Positions 30,064-39,397 of a stretch of DNA of 64,000 nt are shown here, piece after piece. A model generated the notes under the pieces. That model was given only the letters and a program-made list of their open reading frames with translations. It was not told where the DNA came from and ran no database searches. Position numbers and translations under genes: made by a program. Source of the stretch: Patescibacteria group bacterium (lineage in GTDB: Bacteria; Patescibacteriota; Patescibacteriia; UBA9934); the NCBI GenBank assembly GCA_041666205.1, contig JBAYHI010000002.1, positions 725 to 64,724 of the forward strand. The letters are read 5' to 3'. Each line of letters begins with the position of its first letter. Position 1 is the first letter of the stretch.

Positions 30064-32700
30064 ATGAACATGCTTCCAAATAATTTCACTTCCAAAGCCC
30101 AAGAAGCCATTCAAATGGCACAAATGATTGCCAATGAAAATGGCCAGCAAGGCATTGAGCCAATCCATCTTTTGGCGTCCGTGCTCGCGCAAGATGATGG
30201 AATCGTCGTGGCGGTTTTGCGTAAGATGCAAAGCCCCATTCAAAAACTGCGCGCAAACATCGAAACAATTTTAGCGTCTCTTCCAAAAGCCATGGCGCCC
30301 GAGGTTGGTGGATTTGGTCAGGTCCTTTTGACTCCCCCACTTGCAAAAGCGCTTCAAGCATCTGCAAAAAAAGCAAAAGAGTTTGGTGATGAATATATTT
30401 CAACCGAGCATTTGCTCCTTGGACTATTGAGTGACCGAAACGTTGGTCGACTCCTTTCGCAACATCAAATTAATGAAGAAGGTATTTTGCTCGCACTCAA
30501 AGACGTGCGCGGAAATCAAAAAGTGGATTCCGCCGATCCAGAAGCTGGATTTCAAGCGCTTGAAAAGTACAGCGTCTCGCTTACGGAACGCGCGCGTCAA
30601 GGAAAACTCGACCCCGTGATTGGGCGTGGCGAGGAAATTCGTCGCGTGATGCAAGTGCTTGTGCGTCGCACAAAGAATAATCCTGTGCTCATCGGAGAAG
30701 CCGGCGTTGGAAAAACCGCGGTTGCGGAAGGACTTGCACAGCGTATTGCGTCGGGCGATGTGCCAGAGATTTTGAAGAAATGTGAAATCGTTTCGCTTGA
30801 TATGGGATCGCTTATTGCGGGCACAAAGTTCCGTGGCGAGTTTGAAGAGCGCTTGAAAGCCGTGATTCGTGAGGTGGAATCGTCAAATGGAAAGTTCATT
30901 CTATTCATCGACGAGCTTCATACCCTGGTTGGCGCTGGCAAAGGCGATGAGTCGCCAATGGACGCATCAAACCTCTTGAAGCCTGCGCTTGCACGAGGTG
31001 AGCTTCGTGTGATTGGAGCCACAACGATCAAAGAATATCAGCAACACATTGAAAAAGATGCTGCATTTGAACGTCGATTCCAGCCGGTGATGGTGAGCGA
31101 ACCAACCGTGCCCGATACGATTGCGATTTTGCGAGGCATTAAGGAAAAATACGAAATTCACCACGGCGTGCGCATTTCTGATCAAGCCATTCTTGCGGCT
31201 GCGGAACTCTCGAATCGCTATATTACGGATCGTCATTTGCCAGATAAGGCAATCGATTTGATTGACGAAGCCGCAGCTGCACTTCGCATGCAAATTGATT
31301 CCATGCCAGAAGAACTTGATCGCATGAAGCGTGAGCAAATGCGATTTGAAATCGAGCGCCAATCTTTGCTCAAAGAAGAAGGAAAGGAATCCATTGCGCG
31401 CTTGAAAGAAATCGAAAAAACAATTGCCGACATCAAAGAGAAATCCTCTGAATTGGAACTTCGCTGGAAAAATGAAAAGGATCTCATTTTGACGATCCGC
31501 AATTTCAAAAACGATATCGATCGTTTAACAATTGAAGCCGAGCAAAACGAGCGCGCGGGTAATTTGCAACGTGTTGCCGAAATTCGCTATGACGCGATTC
31601 CAAAAAAGCGCGATGAAATGGACGCAGCACAAGAGCAACTCAAGAAATTCCAAGAAAAGCGCGGGCTTCTCAAGGAAGTGATTGGTGCCGAGGAAATTGC
31701 TTCCGTGGTTTCCCGCTGGACGCATATTCCGGTTTCAAAAATGCTTGAAAGCGAAATGCAAAAACTCGTGGACATGGAGTCCAAACTCCGCGGGCGTGTG
31801 ATTGGGCAGGAAGAAGCAATTACCGCAGTAAGCAATGCCTTGCGTCGCGCGCGTGCTGGAATCTCCGAAGAAAAGCGTCCGATTGGATCCTTCATCTTCT
31901 TGGGGCCAACCGGCGTTGGAAAAACCGAACTCGCTCGCGCGCTTGCGGAGTTCATGTTCAACGACGAAGAGGCACTCATTCGCGTTGATATGTCCGAGTA
32001 CATGGAAAAGCATACGGTGAGCAAACTCATTGGTTCCCCTCCAGGCTATATTGGCTACGAGGAAGCCGGACAGCTCACGGAAAAAGTTCGTCGCAATCCA
32101 TATTCGGTTGTGTTGTTTGATGAAATTGAAAAAGCGCACCCCGACATCTTCAACATTTTGCTCCAAATTTTGGACGACGGACATCTCACGGATTCAAAAG
32201 GACGCAAAGTCAACTTCAAAAATACGGTCATTATCATGACGTCCAATACCGGGTCAGACATGATTTTGCATGCGGACACATCAGGGATGATTGGGTTCAC
32301 GAGTGACGCTAGATCAAACGAGGAAACCACCAAACATCGCGTTCTTGATCTGCTCAAGGAACAATTCAAACCGGAATTTCTCAATCGTGTAGACGAAATC
32401 ATTTTCTTCCATGCGCTCACGGAAGACAATATTGCCGACATCGTTGAACTCCAACTCAACGAAGTCTCTTTGCGCCTCAAAGAGCAACGAAGCATCACCC
32501 TTAAAGTCACAGAACGCGCCAAGAAATTGCTTGCCAAAAAAGGATTCAATCCGCAATATGGCGCTCGCCCACTGAAGCGCGTGATTCAAAACGAAATCCT
32601 CGATCCCCTTGCGCTTCAAATCGTGAGCGGCACGATTCCAGAAACCGCCCAAGTCTCCATTGACGCAGTCGACGGGAAGATCCAAATCAAAACGAAGTAG
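30064..32700 (+). CDS. clpB: ATP-dependent chaperone ClpB
   Basis: 878 aa. N-domain, two AAA+ modules ([10 protein letters not shown] and [11 protein letters not shown]), and the long middle coiled-coil domain. Confidence 0.95.
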   Translation: MNMLPNNFTSKAQEAIQMAQMIANENGQQGIEPIHLLASVLAQDDGIVVAVLRKMQSPIQKLRANIETILASLPKAMAPEVGGFGQVLLTPPLAKALQASAKKAKEFGDEYISTEHLLLGLLSDRNVGRLLSQHQINEEGILLALKDVRGNQKVDSADPEAGFQALEKYSVSLTERARQGKLDPVIGRGEEIRRVMQVLVRRTKNNPVLIGEAGVGKTAVAEGLAQRIASGDVPEILKKCEIVSLDMGSLIAGTKFRGEFEERLKAVIREVESSNGKFILFIDELHTLVGAGKGDESPMDASNLLKPALARGELRVIGATTIKEYQQHIEKDAAFERRFQPVMVSEPTVPDTIAILRGIKEKYEIHHGVRISDQAILAAAELSNRYITDRHLPDKAIDLIDEAAAALRMQIDSMPEELDRMKREQMRFEIERQSLLKEEGKESIARLKEIEKTIADIKEKSSELELRWKNEKDLILTIRNFKNDIDRLTIEAEQNERAGNLQRVAEIRYDAIPKKRDEMDAAQEQLKKFQEKRGLLKEVIGAEEIASVVSRWTHIPVSKMLESEMQKLVDMESKLRGRVIGQEEAITAVSNALRRARAGISEEKRPIGSFIFLGPTGVGKTELARALAEFMFNDEEALIRVDMSEYMEKHTVSKLIGSPPGYIGYEEAGQLTEKVRRNPYSVVLFDEIEKAHPDIFNILLQILDDGHLTDSKGRKVNFKNTVIIMTSNTGSDMILHADTSGMIGFTSDARSNEETTKHRVLDLLKEQFKPEFLNRVDEIIFFHALTEDNIADIVELQLNEVSLRLKEQRSITLKVTERAKKLLAKKGFNPQYGARPLKRVIQNEILDPLALQIVSGTIPETAQVSIDAVDGKIQIKTK

Positions 32701-32718
32701 CGCCTGCCAATTTTTACT

Positions 32719-32761
32719 GTGTCATTGCGAGGAGGATGACAATCCGACGAAGCAATCTACA
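32719..32761 (+). repeat. hairpin repeat, family A copy 2
   Basis: GTGTCATTGCGAGGAGG-atgacaatc-CGACGAAGCAATCTACA. Confidence 0.85.
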
Positions 32762-32775
32762 GGGATCAATCACGA

Positions 32776-32801
32776 GATCCTTCGCTGTCGCTCAGGATGA
32801 C
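32776..32801 (-). repeat. hairpin repeat, family B (GTCATCCTGAGCGACAGCGAAGGATC on the minus strand)
   Basis: Plus strand reads gatccttcgctgtcgctcaggatgac, with an internal ATCCT/AGGAT stem. Confidence 0.8.
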
Positions 32802-32817
32802 GGCAGAAGAGGTATGA

Positions 32818-32846
32818 ACACCCGCCCTTGCGCGGGTGTTTGCTTT
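32818..32846 (+). terminator. terminator-like hairpin after clpB
   Basis: acacccgc-ccttgc-gcgggtgt followed by ttgctttcg, which is a weak T-run. Confidence 0.45.
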
Positions 32847-32882
32847 CGCGCACAATATAGGCAAAGAAATCTAATTTTCTAT

Positions 32883-33536
32883 ATGGGAGAACATGGATCA
32901 AATCCTGAACAAAATGCTCAACTATTTAAGCGTGACTTAACCCCGGAGCAAATTGCTGAAGCACAGGCTAGAAATGAACAAGCTTGGGAAGCGAGTCGCG
33001 TGGCTCGTCAACAAGAAATCGACGCTCGGGCTGCAGTGCGCGCGCCTGAAGCGAAGCAGGTACAGATGCGTAGAGAACAGGCAGAAAAAGAAGCGGCAAA
33101 ATATGAGCGTCGAATCCTCGATGCAGCAGCGAGTTTGGAAGCTCAAACCGGCGAAGCCATTCCACAGGAGGTGATCAAGTTCGTGCTTGGTTTAACCGCT
33201 GAGTTAGATAAACAAAAATTAGCCGAAGGATATTATGATGAGATGAAGGCCATCCTCGAGGCAGAGGCCGATCGTATCGACAAAGAAAAATTAGATAAGG
33301 CAGTTGTTGATGCTGAACGCAGGGCACAAGATGCAGCGGCAAGTATCGAAAGTCCCACGAGGAATATTCCAAGAGCTCCAACAGAAGCGTCTAAGACTCA
33401 TGTTCCAGAGCTTGTTGTAGACCAACCATTACTCGATAGTGCCACAGCTCATATTGGAAAACGAGAGGTTGCGCCAGTCCCAACACCAACCAAAAAAACA
33501 GTCTGGGGTACGATAAAAGGAATATTTGGACGATAA
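32883..33536 (+). CDS. coiled-coil, low-complexity hypothetical protein
   Basis: 217 aa from the ATG at 32883; the longer ORF from 32736 runs through the repeat and terminator region. Rich in A, E, Q and R. Confidence 0.35.
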   Translation: MGEHGSNPEQNAQLFKRDLTPEQIAEAQARNEQAWEASRVARQQEIDARAAVRAPEAKQVQMRREQAEKEAAKYERRILDAAASLEAQTGEAIPQEVIKFVLGLTAELDKQKLAEGYYDEMKAILEAEADRIDKEKLDKAVVDAERRAQDAAASIESPTRNIPRAPTEASKTHVPELVVDQPLLDSATAHIGKREVAPVPTPTKKTVWGTIKGIFGR

Positions 33537-33555
33537 TATGAACAAAGAACTTTGA

Positions 33556-33888
33556 GATTATGAAAGTGCACAAACTGATGGCCCAGCGCAGCCACGGTTT
33601 GAGAAACCAGGGGCGCCATCGATCGATTTAAAAACTTCACGTGAAGAAGAAAGAGCTCAAAAGGCTCGGTTAGCCGAAATAGCTGCCGCTGCTGAAATTG
33701 ATGAACAAGCCAATATTCAAGCACGAGAGCGTGCAAAAATAGTAGCTGAGGCTGATGACTTGCTCGGTATGCCGCATATTCATTCAGGAAATTCGAAATT
33801 TGATGAAGTATCTGGCGGGCAGGAAGAGGAAACGCCTACTGGCACGATACGAAGTATTGTTCGACGGTTTTTTCCACCAAGACATTAA
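33556..33888 (+). pseudogene. open frame of about 110 codons with no ATG/GTG/TTG start, encoding similar E/A-rich coiled coil; possible frameshifted continuation
   Basis: In +1 frame relative to the upstream ORF. Separated from it by the TAA at 33534 and a short MNKEL* frame ending in TGA at 33553. Confidence 0.3.
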
Positions 33889-33915
33889 AAAAACGGCCTA
33901 CGGGCCGTTTTTCGT
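33889..33915. terminator. bidirectional terminator
   Basis: aaaaaaacggcc-tacg-ggccgtttttcg. Confidence 0.7.
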
Positions 33916-34467
33916 TTAGCGATTATCGCCACTAGATCTGTACAACTCTTCATTTTTAAATGGAATAAGGGCAAAGATTACGGCCTCGGTATAATAATCT
34001 GTTCTGCTCACAGCGTTATCGGTATAAATTCCCACAGCGCCATTGTCTTGCTTGGAGTTTGTGCGACCAAAAACGATATCATCTGCTTCTCCTAATTCCT
34101 TCCCTTGTCGAATCAATTCCGCCACCCTTGGAGGCAAGAAAAAAGTGCCTGTTCGACTTTTTCCGAATTGTTCATTTTTTGACTTAATGGCAATCCAGGC
34201 AAACGCTTCCATGTCCGAATTTTTCTCTTCAATCCCCCCTTCAATACCCACCCAAAAATCCGCATCGGGTTGTGCATTGAATGCATTGAGAACTCTGTTA
34301 TGGGACCCCAGCATTGTCTCTGCGTCGCTTTCTGGTTGGTCACCCACACCAGATGGAACAGAGACCCCGTCAATTTCGAACGCTTCTGTTGGGAACATCT
34401 TTTGGAAGCCATTGAGCGTGGCATTAATTTTTACTGGATTTTTAGATGCCACAATTATTTTTTTCAT
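33916..34467 (-). CDS. yjjX: inosine/xanthosine triphosphatase, YjjX family (Maf/Ham1 superfamily)
   Basis: KKIIVASKNPVKINA...DFWVGIEGGI...GAVGIYTDNAVSRTDYYTEAVIFALIPF matches the YjjX layout. Confidence 0.7.
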   Translation of the reverse strand: MKKIIVASKNPVKINATLNGFQKMFPTEAFEIDGVSVPSGVGDQPESDAETMLGSHNRVLNAFNAQPDADFWVGIEGGIEEKNSDMEAFAWIAIKSKNEQFGKSRTGTFFLPPRVAELIRQGKELGEADDIVFGRTNSKQDNGAVGIYTDNAVSRTDYYTEAVIFALIPFKNEELYRSSGDNR

Positions 34468-34535
34468 ATTCATGATGCGCTAAGATATTCGTTGAAATTC
34501 ATAGGAGGCCATTATAACAAGCCCGAAAACAAAAA

Positions 34536-34559
34536 ACCACCAGACATCTGGTGGGTTTT
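34536..34559 (-). terminator. terminator hairpin downstream of tRNA-Ala (minus strand)
   Basis: ccaccagacatctggtgg flanked by an A-run and a T-run. Confidence 0.6.
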
Positions 34560-34636
34560 TGGTGGACCATAAGGGACTTGAACCCTTGACCTCTTCCATG
34601 CCATGGAAGCGCTCTAGCCAACTGAGCTAATGGCCC
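34560..34636 (-). tRNA. tRNA-Ala (anticodon GGC), with encoded CCA
   Basis: Minus-strand reading: GGGCCAT TA GCTC AGTTGGCT AGAGC G CTTCC ATGGCAT GGAAG AGGTC AAGGG TTCAAGT CCCTT ATGGTCC A CCA. G3:U70 Ala identity pair is present. Canonical D, anticodon and T arms. Confidence 0.9.
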
Positions 34637-34719
34637 ATTGTTGCGATATGATAGTGAATTTATCTGATTTTGTAAAGCTGGGTGAGATTGTGTACCATGA
34701 AGCAATAATTGAGTTTCCT

Positions 34720-35043
34720 ATGACCATCCAAGAATTACAAGCTCAAATTAAGCTGTTCACTGCAAATAACCACCTGGATTCCTCTCCGGAATCGCGTATC
34801 CTCGATACGATGTCAGAGCTTGGTGAAGTTGCCAAGGAAATGCTTAAAATGACGGATTATGGAAAACAGCCCATGCAATTTCGCGAGGAAATGAAGATGG
34901 AACTCGGGGATGTTTTGTACTCACTTATTACTACAGCAAATGCGCTTGATGTGAATTTGGAGGAGGCGCTTCAGATAGTGATTGCAAAATACGAGACTCG
35001 CCTTGCGCGTGGTGGCGCAGGATCGGAAAATGAAGTGCTATAA
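34720..35043 (+). CDS. MazG-like nucleotide pyrophosphohydrolase domain protein
   Basis: 107 aa from MTIQELQ; the longer ORF overlaps the tRNA. ELGEVAKEM...ELGDVLYSLITTANALDVNLEEAL...KYETR is the MazG EExxE/D pattern. Confidence 0.6.
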   Translation: MTIQELQAQIKLFTANNHLDSSPESRILDTMSELGEVAKEMLKMTDYGKQPMQFREEMKMELGDVLYSLITTANALDVNLEEALQIVIAKYETRLARGGAGSENEVL

Positions 35044-35097
35044 AAGGCGAATCCCGCGTGCTCGAGTGAGCCGCGGGACGACGTGGGTAGAGATCAG

Positions 35098-35217
35098 GAC
35101 TCAACCCACTTGATGAGGAGCCACAGGCAGAAGATGCCCAAAGCTCCAAACAGGAGGGTGCCCGCGATGTTGTTGATGATCGCGGAGGAACGGGGGGAGA
35201 GCTGGGTGGACATGGAG
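35098..35217 (-). CDS. possible 39-aa hydrophobic peptide on a GC-rich patch
   Basis: MSTQLSPRSSAIINNIAGTLLFGALGIFCLWLLIKWVES. About 60 % GC. Not in the ORF track because it is under 60 aa. Confidence 0.2.
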
Positions 35218-35242
35218 TCCTCCTGCGGGGGTTAGGGAACAT

Positions 35243-35276
35243 CCCAAAAACCTAGTAATCATAGCAGGTTTTTGGG
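35243..35276. repeat. 11-bp perfect inverted repeat CCCAAAAACCT-N12-AGGTTTTTGGG
   Basis: Read directly. Followed by ggttttg. Could act as a terminator or an operator. Confidence 0.6.
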
Positions 35277-35317
35277 GTTTTGTCAATTGGAAATGGCTTA
35301 TATAAGACAAATAATCC

Positions 35318-35390
35318 GTCATCCTGAGGCCGTAGGCCGAATGGATTCCAAGATAATTATCGAGAGATCCTTCGCTTCGCTCAGGATGAC
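35318..35390. repeat. two family-B hairpin units in inverted orientation (35318-35349 forward, diverged; 35366-35390 reverse)
   Basis: gtcatcctgaggccgtaggccgaatggattcc ... gatccttcgcttcgctcaggatgac. Confidence 0.8.
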
Positions 35391-35447
35391 GAAATGTGTG
35401 GTATTGGGCTCGCACGAATGATTCGAAAAATGATATAATCTTTCCGT

Positions 35448-36824
35448 ATGAAAATTCGCTTGAATTTGCTTCTTTTGTCGCTAATTTTTTGCGCCTCAAT
35501 CCCCCTTTCTGCCCGCGCATTTGAATTTGATCCAAACTACATCCTTTCTGATGCTGAGCTTACGAATTCATTCTCGCTTAGTCGCGATCAAATTCAGGCA
35601 TTTCTTGACCGCGGATATCTGGGTTCCTATTCAGCACTCGATGCCGATGGGATTGTTCGAAGTGCTGTCGACATTATTGACCGCGCGGCGCAGGCTTGGG
35701 GCGTCAGTCAAAAATTCTTGCTCGTCTTGCTACAAAAAGAACAGAGCCTAATTGAAGATCCAGATCCATCTCAAAACCAGCTCGATTGGGCAACGGGCTA
35801 TGCGGTTTGCGATGATTGCTCTAAATCTGACCCGACTGTGATGCGCTGGCAGGGATTTGGCAAGCAAGTTAATTCCGCCGCGGCACAAATGACCGATGGC
35901 TATCTTGCTGATATTGAAACGTTTGGTGCCACGCAGGGAAAATATGGCCCTGGCATGTCGGTTGTCATTGATAATACATCTGTGACGCCGGCGAACGCTG
36001 CAACCGCAGCGCTTTATGCGTATACGCCCCATCTTCACGGAAATGAGAATTTCGCGGAAATCTGGAATCGTTGGTTTAGTTTGCAATATCCAAGTGGTAC
36101 GCTCGTTAAAGTTGCCGGAGAATCTGGCATCTACCTCATTGAATATGGCTATAAGCGCCCAATTCACAGCTGGAGCGCATTCAAATCTCGATTCAATGAA
36201 AACTTATTGATTGAGGTTCCACGATCCGCGCTTGCCAATTACCCAGACGGGCGCCCGATTGATTTCCCCAATTATTCTCTCTTGAACGATGAAAGCGGAA
36301 ATATTTATTTGCTCGTTGACGACACCTTGCGTCGCATTGATTCCATGGAAACATTCCGCGCGATTGGCTTCCAAACCGATGAACTCATCGACATTGAAAA
36401 TATCGACCTTGGCAATTTCGAAATGGGGCAAGATATCACAGCAACAACCATGTACCCACAAGGCGCACTCATGAAGCTTACGACCAACGGCGCCCTGTTC
36501 TATATCGAAGACGGATTGCGACACGCGGTTGTTGACCCCGCGATTGTCAAAACAAATTTTAAAAATTACGCGATTGTCAAAGTTGATCCTGCGGTTGTTG
36601 AACAGTACAAAGAAGGCAAACCAATTGTATTTTCCGACGGCTATCTCGTAAAAGCCACCGATAGCCCGGTTGTCTATATTGTGTCAGAAGGTAAATTGCG
36701 CCCGATTTTAGACGAACAGGTCTTTGGCTCCTACGGGTGGTCATTTGCCGATGTGATTGATGTTTCGCCCGGTACGCTCGTGCTCCTTCCTGTGGGATTG
36801 CCTCTCGAAGTTGCACTCAATTAA
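35448..36824 (+). CDS. secreted hypothetical protein
   Basis: 458 aa. Signal peptide MKIRLNLLLLSLIFCASIPLSARA. No domain recognised. Confidence 0.45.
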   Translation: MKIRLNLLLLSLIFCASIPLSARAFEFDPNYILSDAELTNSFSLSRDQIQAFLDRGYLGSYSALDADGIVRSAVDIIDRAAQAWGVSQKFLLVLLQKEQSLIEDPDPSQNQLDWATGYAVCDDCSKSDPTVMRWQGFGKQVNSAAAQMTDGYLADIETFGATQGKYGPGMSVVIDNTSVTPANAATAALYAYTPHLHGNENFAEIWNRWFSLQYPSGTLVKVAGESGIYLIEYGYKRPIHSWSAFKSRFNENLLIEVPRSALANYPDGRPIDFPNYSLLNDESGNIYLLVDDTLRRIDSMETFRAIGFQTDELIDIENIDLGNFEMGQDITATTMYPQGALMKLTTNGALFYIEDGLRHAVVDPAIVKTNFKNYAIVKVDPAVVEQYKEGKPIVFSDGYLVKATDSPVVYIVSEGKLRPILDEQVFGSYGWSFADVIDVSPGTLVLLPVGLPLEVALN

Positions 36825-36825
36825 T

Positions 36826-37620
36826 ATGCTCGTTTTTGCCGGATTCACTCCGCATTCCCCGCTTCTCTTACCCTCGATCAATAAAGATAAAATCGAGCTT
36901 GTTTCGCATACCCGCATTGCCATGGCTGACCTTGCCGAAGAATTGTATGCGGCAATGCCTGATACAATTTTGCTGTTCTCCAAGCACCCCACCATGTACC
37001 CGGACGCATTTTCTATCAACCTTGCGGATCCATTCAAATTCGATTTGAAAGAATTTGGCGACTTGAGCGAACACCGCACATTCCATCCCGACATGCTTCT
37101 GACGGATCGCGTTCAGCGTGCACTGCGAATTCAAAAAATTCCCGTGACGCTCACAAGTGATCCAGCACTTCACTATGCGTGCGCTGTTCCCCTTTCGCTT
37201 CTTACGGAGAATCTACCAAGCGTCAAACTCATGCCAATTGCGTACGCAGAGGGACTGACAGCAAAAGATCATTATAATTTTGGCTCTGCCCTCAAGGATT
37301 TGATTTTGGATTCAAATCATCGCGTGGCCGTAATTGCCTCGGGAGATTTGTCGCATGCACTCACCTCTGCTTCGCCTGCGGGATATGCGCCAGAAGGAAT
37401 ACAGTTTGATGAAAAAATTCAGGAACTCATTACCACGAAAAATTCCGCAGGACTCTTGAATTTAGAGGACACCTTTATTGCGAATGCAAAACAAGAAGCC
37501 TATTTGCCGCTTGCCATGCTCTTTGGCATCCTGGATCGTATGGCGATTTCTCCGCGTATTCTTTCGTACGAATCGCCGTTTGGCGTTGGGTATTTGGTCG
37601 CCAATTTTCAATTAAGTTGA
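36826..37620 (+). CDS. MEMO1 / AmmeMemoRadiSam-B-like protein (LigB-type class III extradiol dioxygenase fold)
   Basis: 264 aa from MLVFAGFTPHSPLLLP. SGDLSHAL and HYACAVPL segments are typical of the family. Confidence 0.5.
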   Translation: MLVFAGFTPHSPLLLPSINKDKIELVSHTRIAMADLAEELYAAMPDTILLFSKHPTMYPDAFSINLADPFKFDLKEFGDLSEHRTFHPDMLLTDRVQRALRIQKIPVTLTSDPALHYACAVPLSLLTENLPSVKLMPIAYAEGLTAKDHYNFGSALKDLILDSNHRVAVIASGDLSHALTSASPAGYAPEGIQFDEKIQELITTKNSAGLLNLEDTFIANAKQEAYLPLAMLFGILDRMAISPRILSYESPFGVGYLVANFQLS

Positions 37621-37621
37621 T

Positions 37622-39397
37622 ATGGTCGCGGAAGTCGTCATTGTGAAGCGCCTTCCTCGGAGGTTCTCTTTTTTTGATTATAAAATTCCAGCGGGCATGA
37701 CGGTAAACGTCGGCGACTTGGTGCAAATTGATTTTCGACATCAAGCCATGTTTGGAGTGGTGCGCGCCAAGAAAAACGCATCGCATCACAAACTCATTCC
37801 GCTTCATTCGGTTGTGATCCCGGGATGGATGACAGACCGCGATATTGCACGCTTTGAGCAAATCGCACGCGTGATTGCGCAATCGCCTTCTGCCATGCTC
37901 GACGCGCTGATGACCGGATTTCGAAACCGTCTGCCAAAAGAACTGCCAAATGTATGCAAAGCACCCGAGGCGTTTACGGTTCCAAAAGCGTTGGTTGCGG
38001 AGCTTACAAAAATCGCGGTGGCCTCAGATGATGCCTTTGTGGAAACGTCGCTTGAAGGTGAGCTCGTACTTGCGCGACTCTTGCGCAAGCACGTGAACGG
38101 CCAAATGCTTTTGCTCGTTCCGCGTGAACGAATTGCCGAACAATTGGCAACCATGTTTTCACCTTCCGCGCGTGTAGCCATTCTCACAGGCGCGACGCCA
38201 GCACCGCTCCGCGAAGCCATTATTCGCGGATGGCGCTTTGGTACGATTCAAACGCTCATTGGCATGCGCCAGGCGAGTTTGTTATCGCCACACAATTTGA
38301 AGCTCGTGCATGTGCTCGATGTCGCCTCGCGCGAATACGGGATGCTCGATCGGAATCCCCGATTTGATGTGCGTCTTGCCGCGCAACTTCTCGCTCACAC
38401 TGAACGCGCACGATTTATTTCTTCAGGATCTTTCCCAGTCCTTTCGCAAGCCATGGGGACTTGGCATCTTCTCGATACCCCAAGCCCAACCATTGTCTCC
38501 ATGAAGCATCAAGAGGAAAAAACCAAGATTCCCTTTCTATCGGAAACGCTAAAAAACGCGATTGAGGAGTCTTTACGGGACAAGAAAAATGTGCTACTTT
38601 CCTTTAATCGCAAAGGGGAAGCAAGCTATGCAAGTTGCGGATCCTGTGGCGCGATTCCGCACTGTCCCACCTGCGAAAGCATCCCAACCTCCTCTGGAAC
38701 AGCCATGCACTGCCCGGTTTGTCTCCTTCACCTTCCCATGCCAACACGCTGTCCGTTCTGCGGGAGCGATCTCATTTTGGAAAAAGGACTTGGCAATAAA
38801 GCGATCAAGCGAAAATTGCAGCATGTCTTCCCAACCGCCTCGATTGGCATTATCGATAAGGGCGTGCAAGAACCGGGTTGCGATATCACGATTGCCACGG
38901 ATTACTATTTGGACATGATGCTTCCGGCATTCAAGAGACAATTTGGACGTATTGCAGCGCTCAATTTTGACAGCAATCTGGCCGCAACGCATTTTGAATC
39001 AAATGAATTTGCCGCAGGGTCGCTTCACCGACTCATGCACTTGGGAGCATTCCAAAAAGCAGAAGTCCTCATTCAAACCTGGTTGCCAGAGAGTGTTGCA
39101 GAATTTGTTTCAACAAAACGGAGCGCAGACGCCATTCTCAAGAATCGATCTGTGTATCGTCTTCCTCCTTCGGGCACACTCATTCGCATTGAAATGAAGG
39201 AGCCAGGTGATCTCGAGTGCGTGAAAGCGCTCTTCCCAAAGACGGAATTGCGCGAGCACGAACAAACCGTTGAACTGCGATTCGGAGCGATTCCAGACAC
39301 ATCGGTTTGGCTGGCACTGGAAAAACTTCCAGATCACTGTATTATTAAGACCGTGATTTCTTCCTATGACCCTCAAGATTCTCACCAATCCAAATGA
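37622..39397 (+). CDS. priA: primosomal protein N' (PriA)-like protein lacking Walker A and DExH motifs
   Basis: 591 aa. N-terminal 3'-DNA-binding domain (VVIVKRLPRRFSFFDYKIPAG...GDLVQIDFRHQAMFGVV). RecA-like domain 1 is alignable (MLLLVPRERIAEQLATMF...TLIGMRQASL...KLVHVLDVASRE), but GxGKT is replaced by SLEGE and DEEH by LDVASRE. Cys-rich Zn region is present (CGSCGAIPHCPTC...CPVC...CPFCGS). Confidence 0.65.
   Translation: MVAEVVIVKRLPRRFSFFDYKIPAGMTVNVGDLVQIDFRHQAMFGVVRAKKNASHHKLIPLHSVVIPGWMTDRDIARFEQIARVIAQSPSAMLDALMTGFRNRLPKELPNVCKAPEAFTVPKALVAELTKIAVASDDAFVETSLEGELVLARLLRKHVNGQMLLLVPRERIAEQLATMFSPSARVAILTGATPAPLREAIIRGWRFGTIQTLIGMRQASLLSPHNLKLVHVLDVASREYGMLDRNPRFDVRLAAQLLAHTERARFISSGSFPVLSQAMGTWHLLDTPSPTIVSMKHQEEKTKIPFLSETLKNAIEESLRDKKNVLLSFNRKGEASYASCGSCGAIPHCPTCESIPTSSGTAMHCPVCLLHLPMPTRCPFCGSDLILEKGLGNKAIKRKLQHVFPTASIGIIDKGVQEPGCDITIATDYYLDMMLPAFKRQFGRIAALNFDSNLAATHFESNEFAAGSLHRLMHLGAFQKAEVLIQTWLPESVAEFVSTKRSADAILKNRSVYRLPPSGTLIRIEMKEPGDLECVKALFPKTELREHEQTVELRFGAIPDTSVWLALEKLPDHCIIKTVISSYDPQDSHQSK

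Noticed and set aside
33550-33560. In-frame TGA before a long open frame raised the possibility of genetic code 25 (TGA=Gly), as in some CPR lineages
   Set aside because: greA (19772-19774) and alr (24075-24077) terminate on TGA at exactly the lengths expected from homology, so TGA is a stop in this genome.
35098-35217. 39-aa hydrophobic peptide ORF on a GC-rich patch
   Set aside because: It is kept only as a low-confidence feature. It has no homolog and no clear ribosome-binding site, so it could be a chance ORF in GC-rich noncoding DNA.
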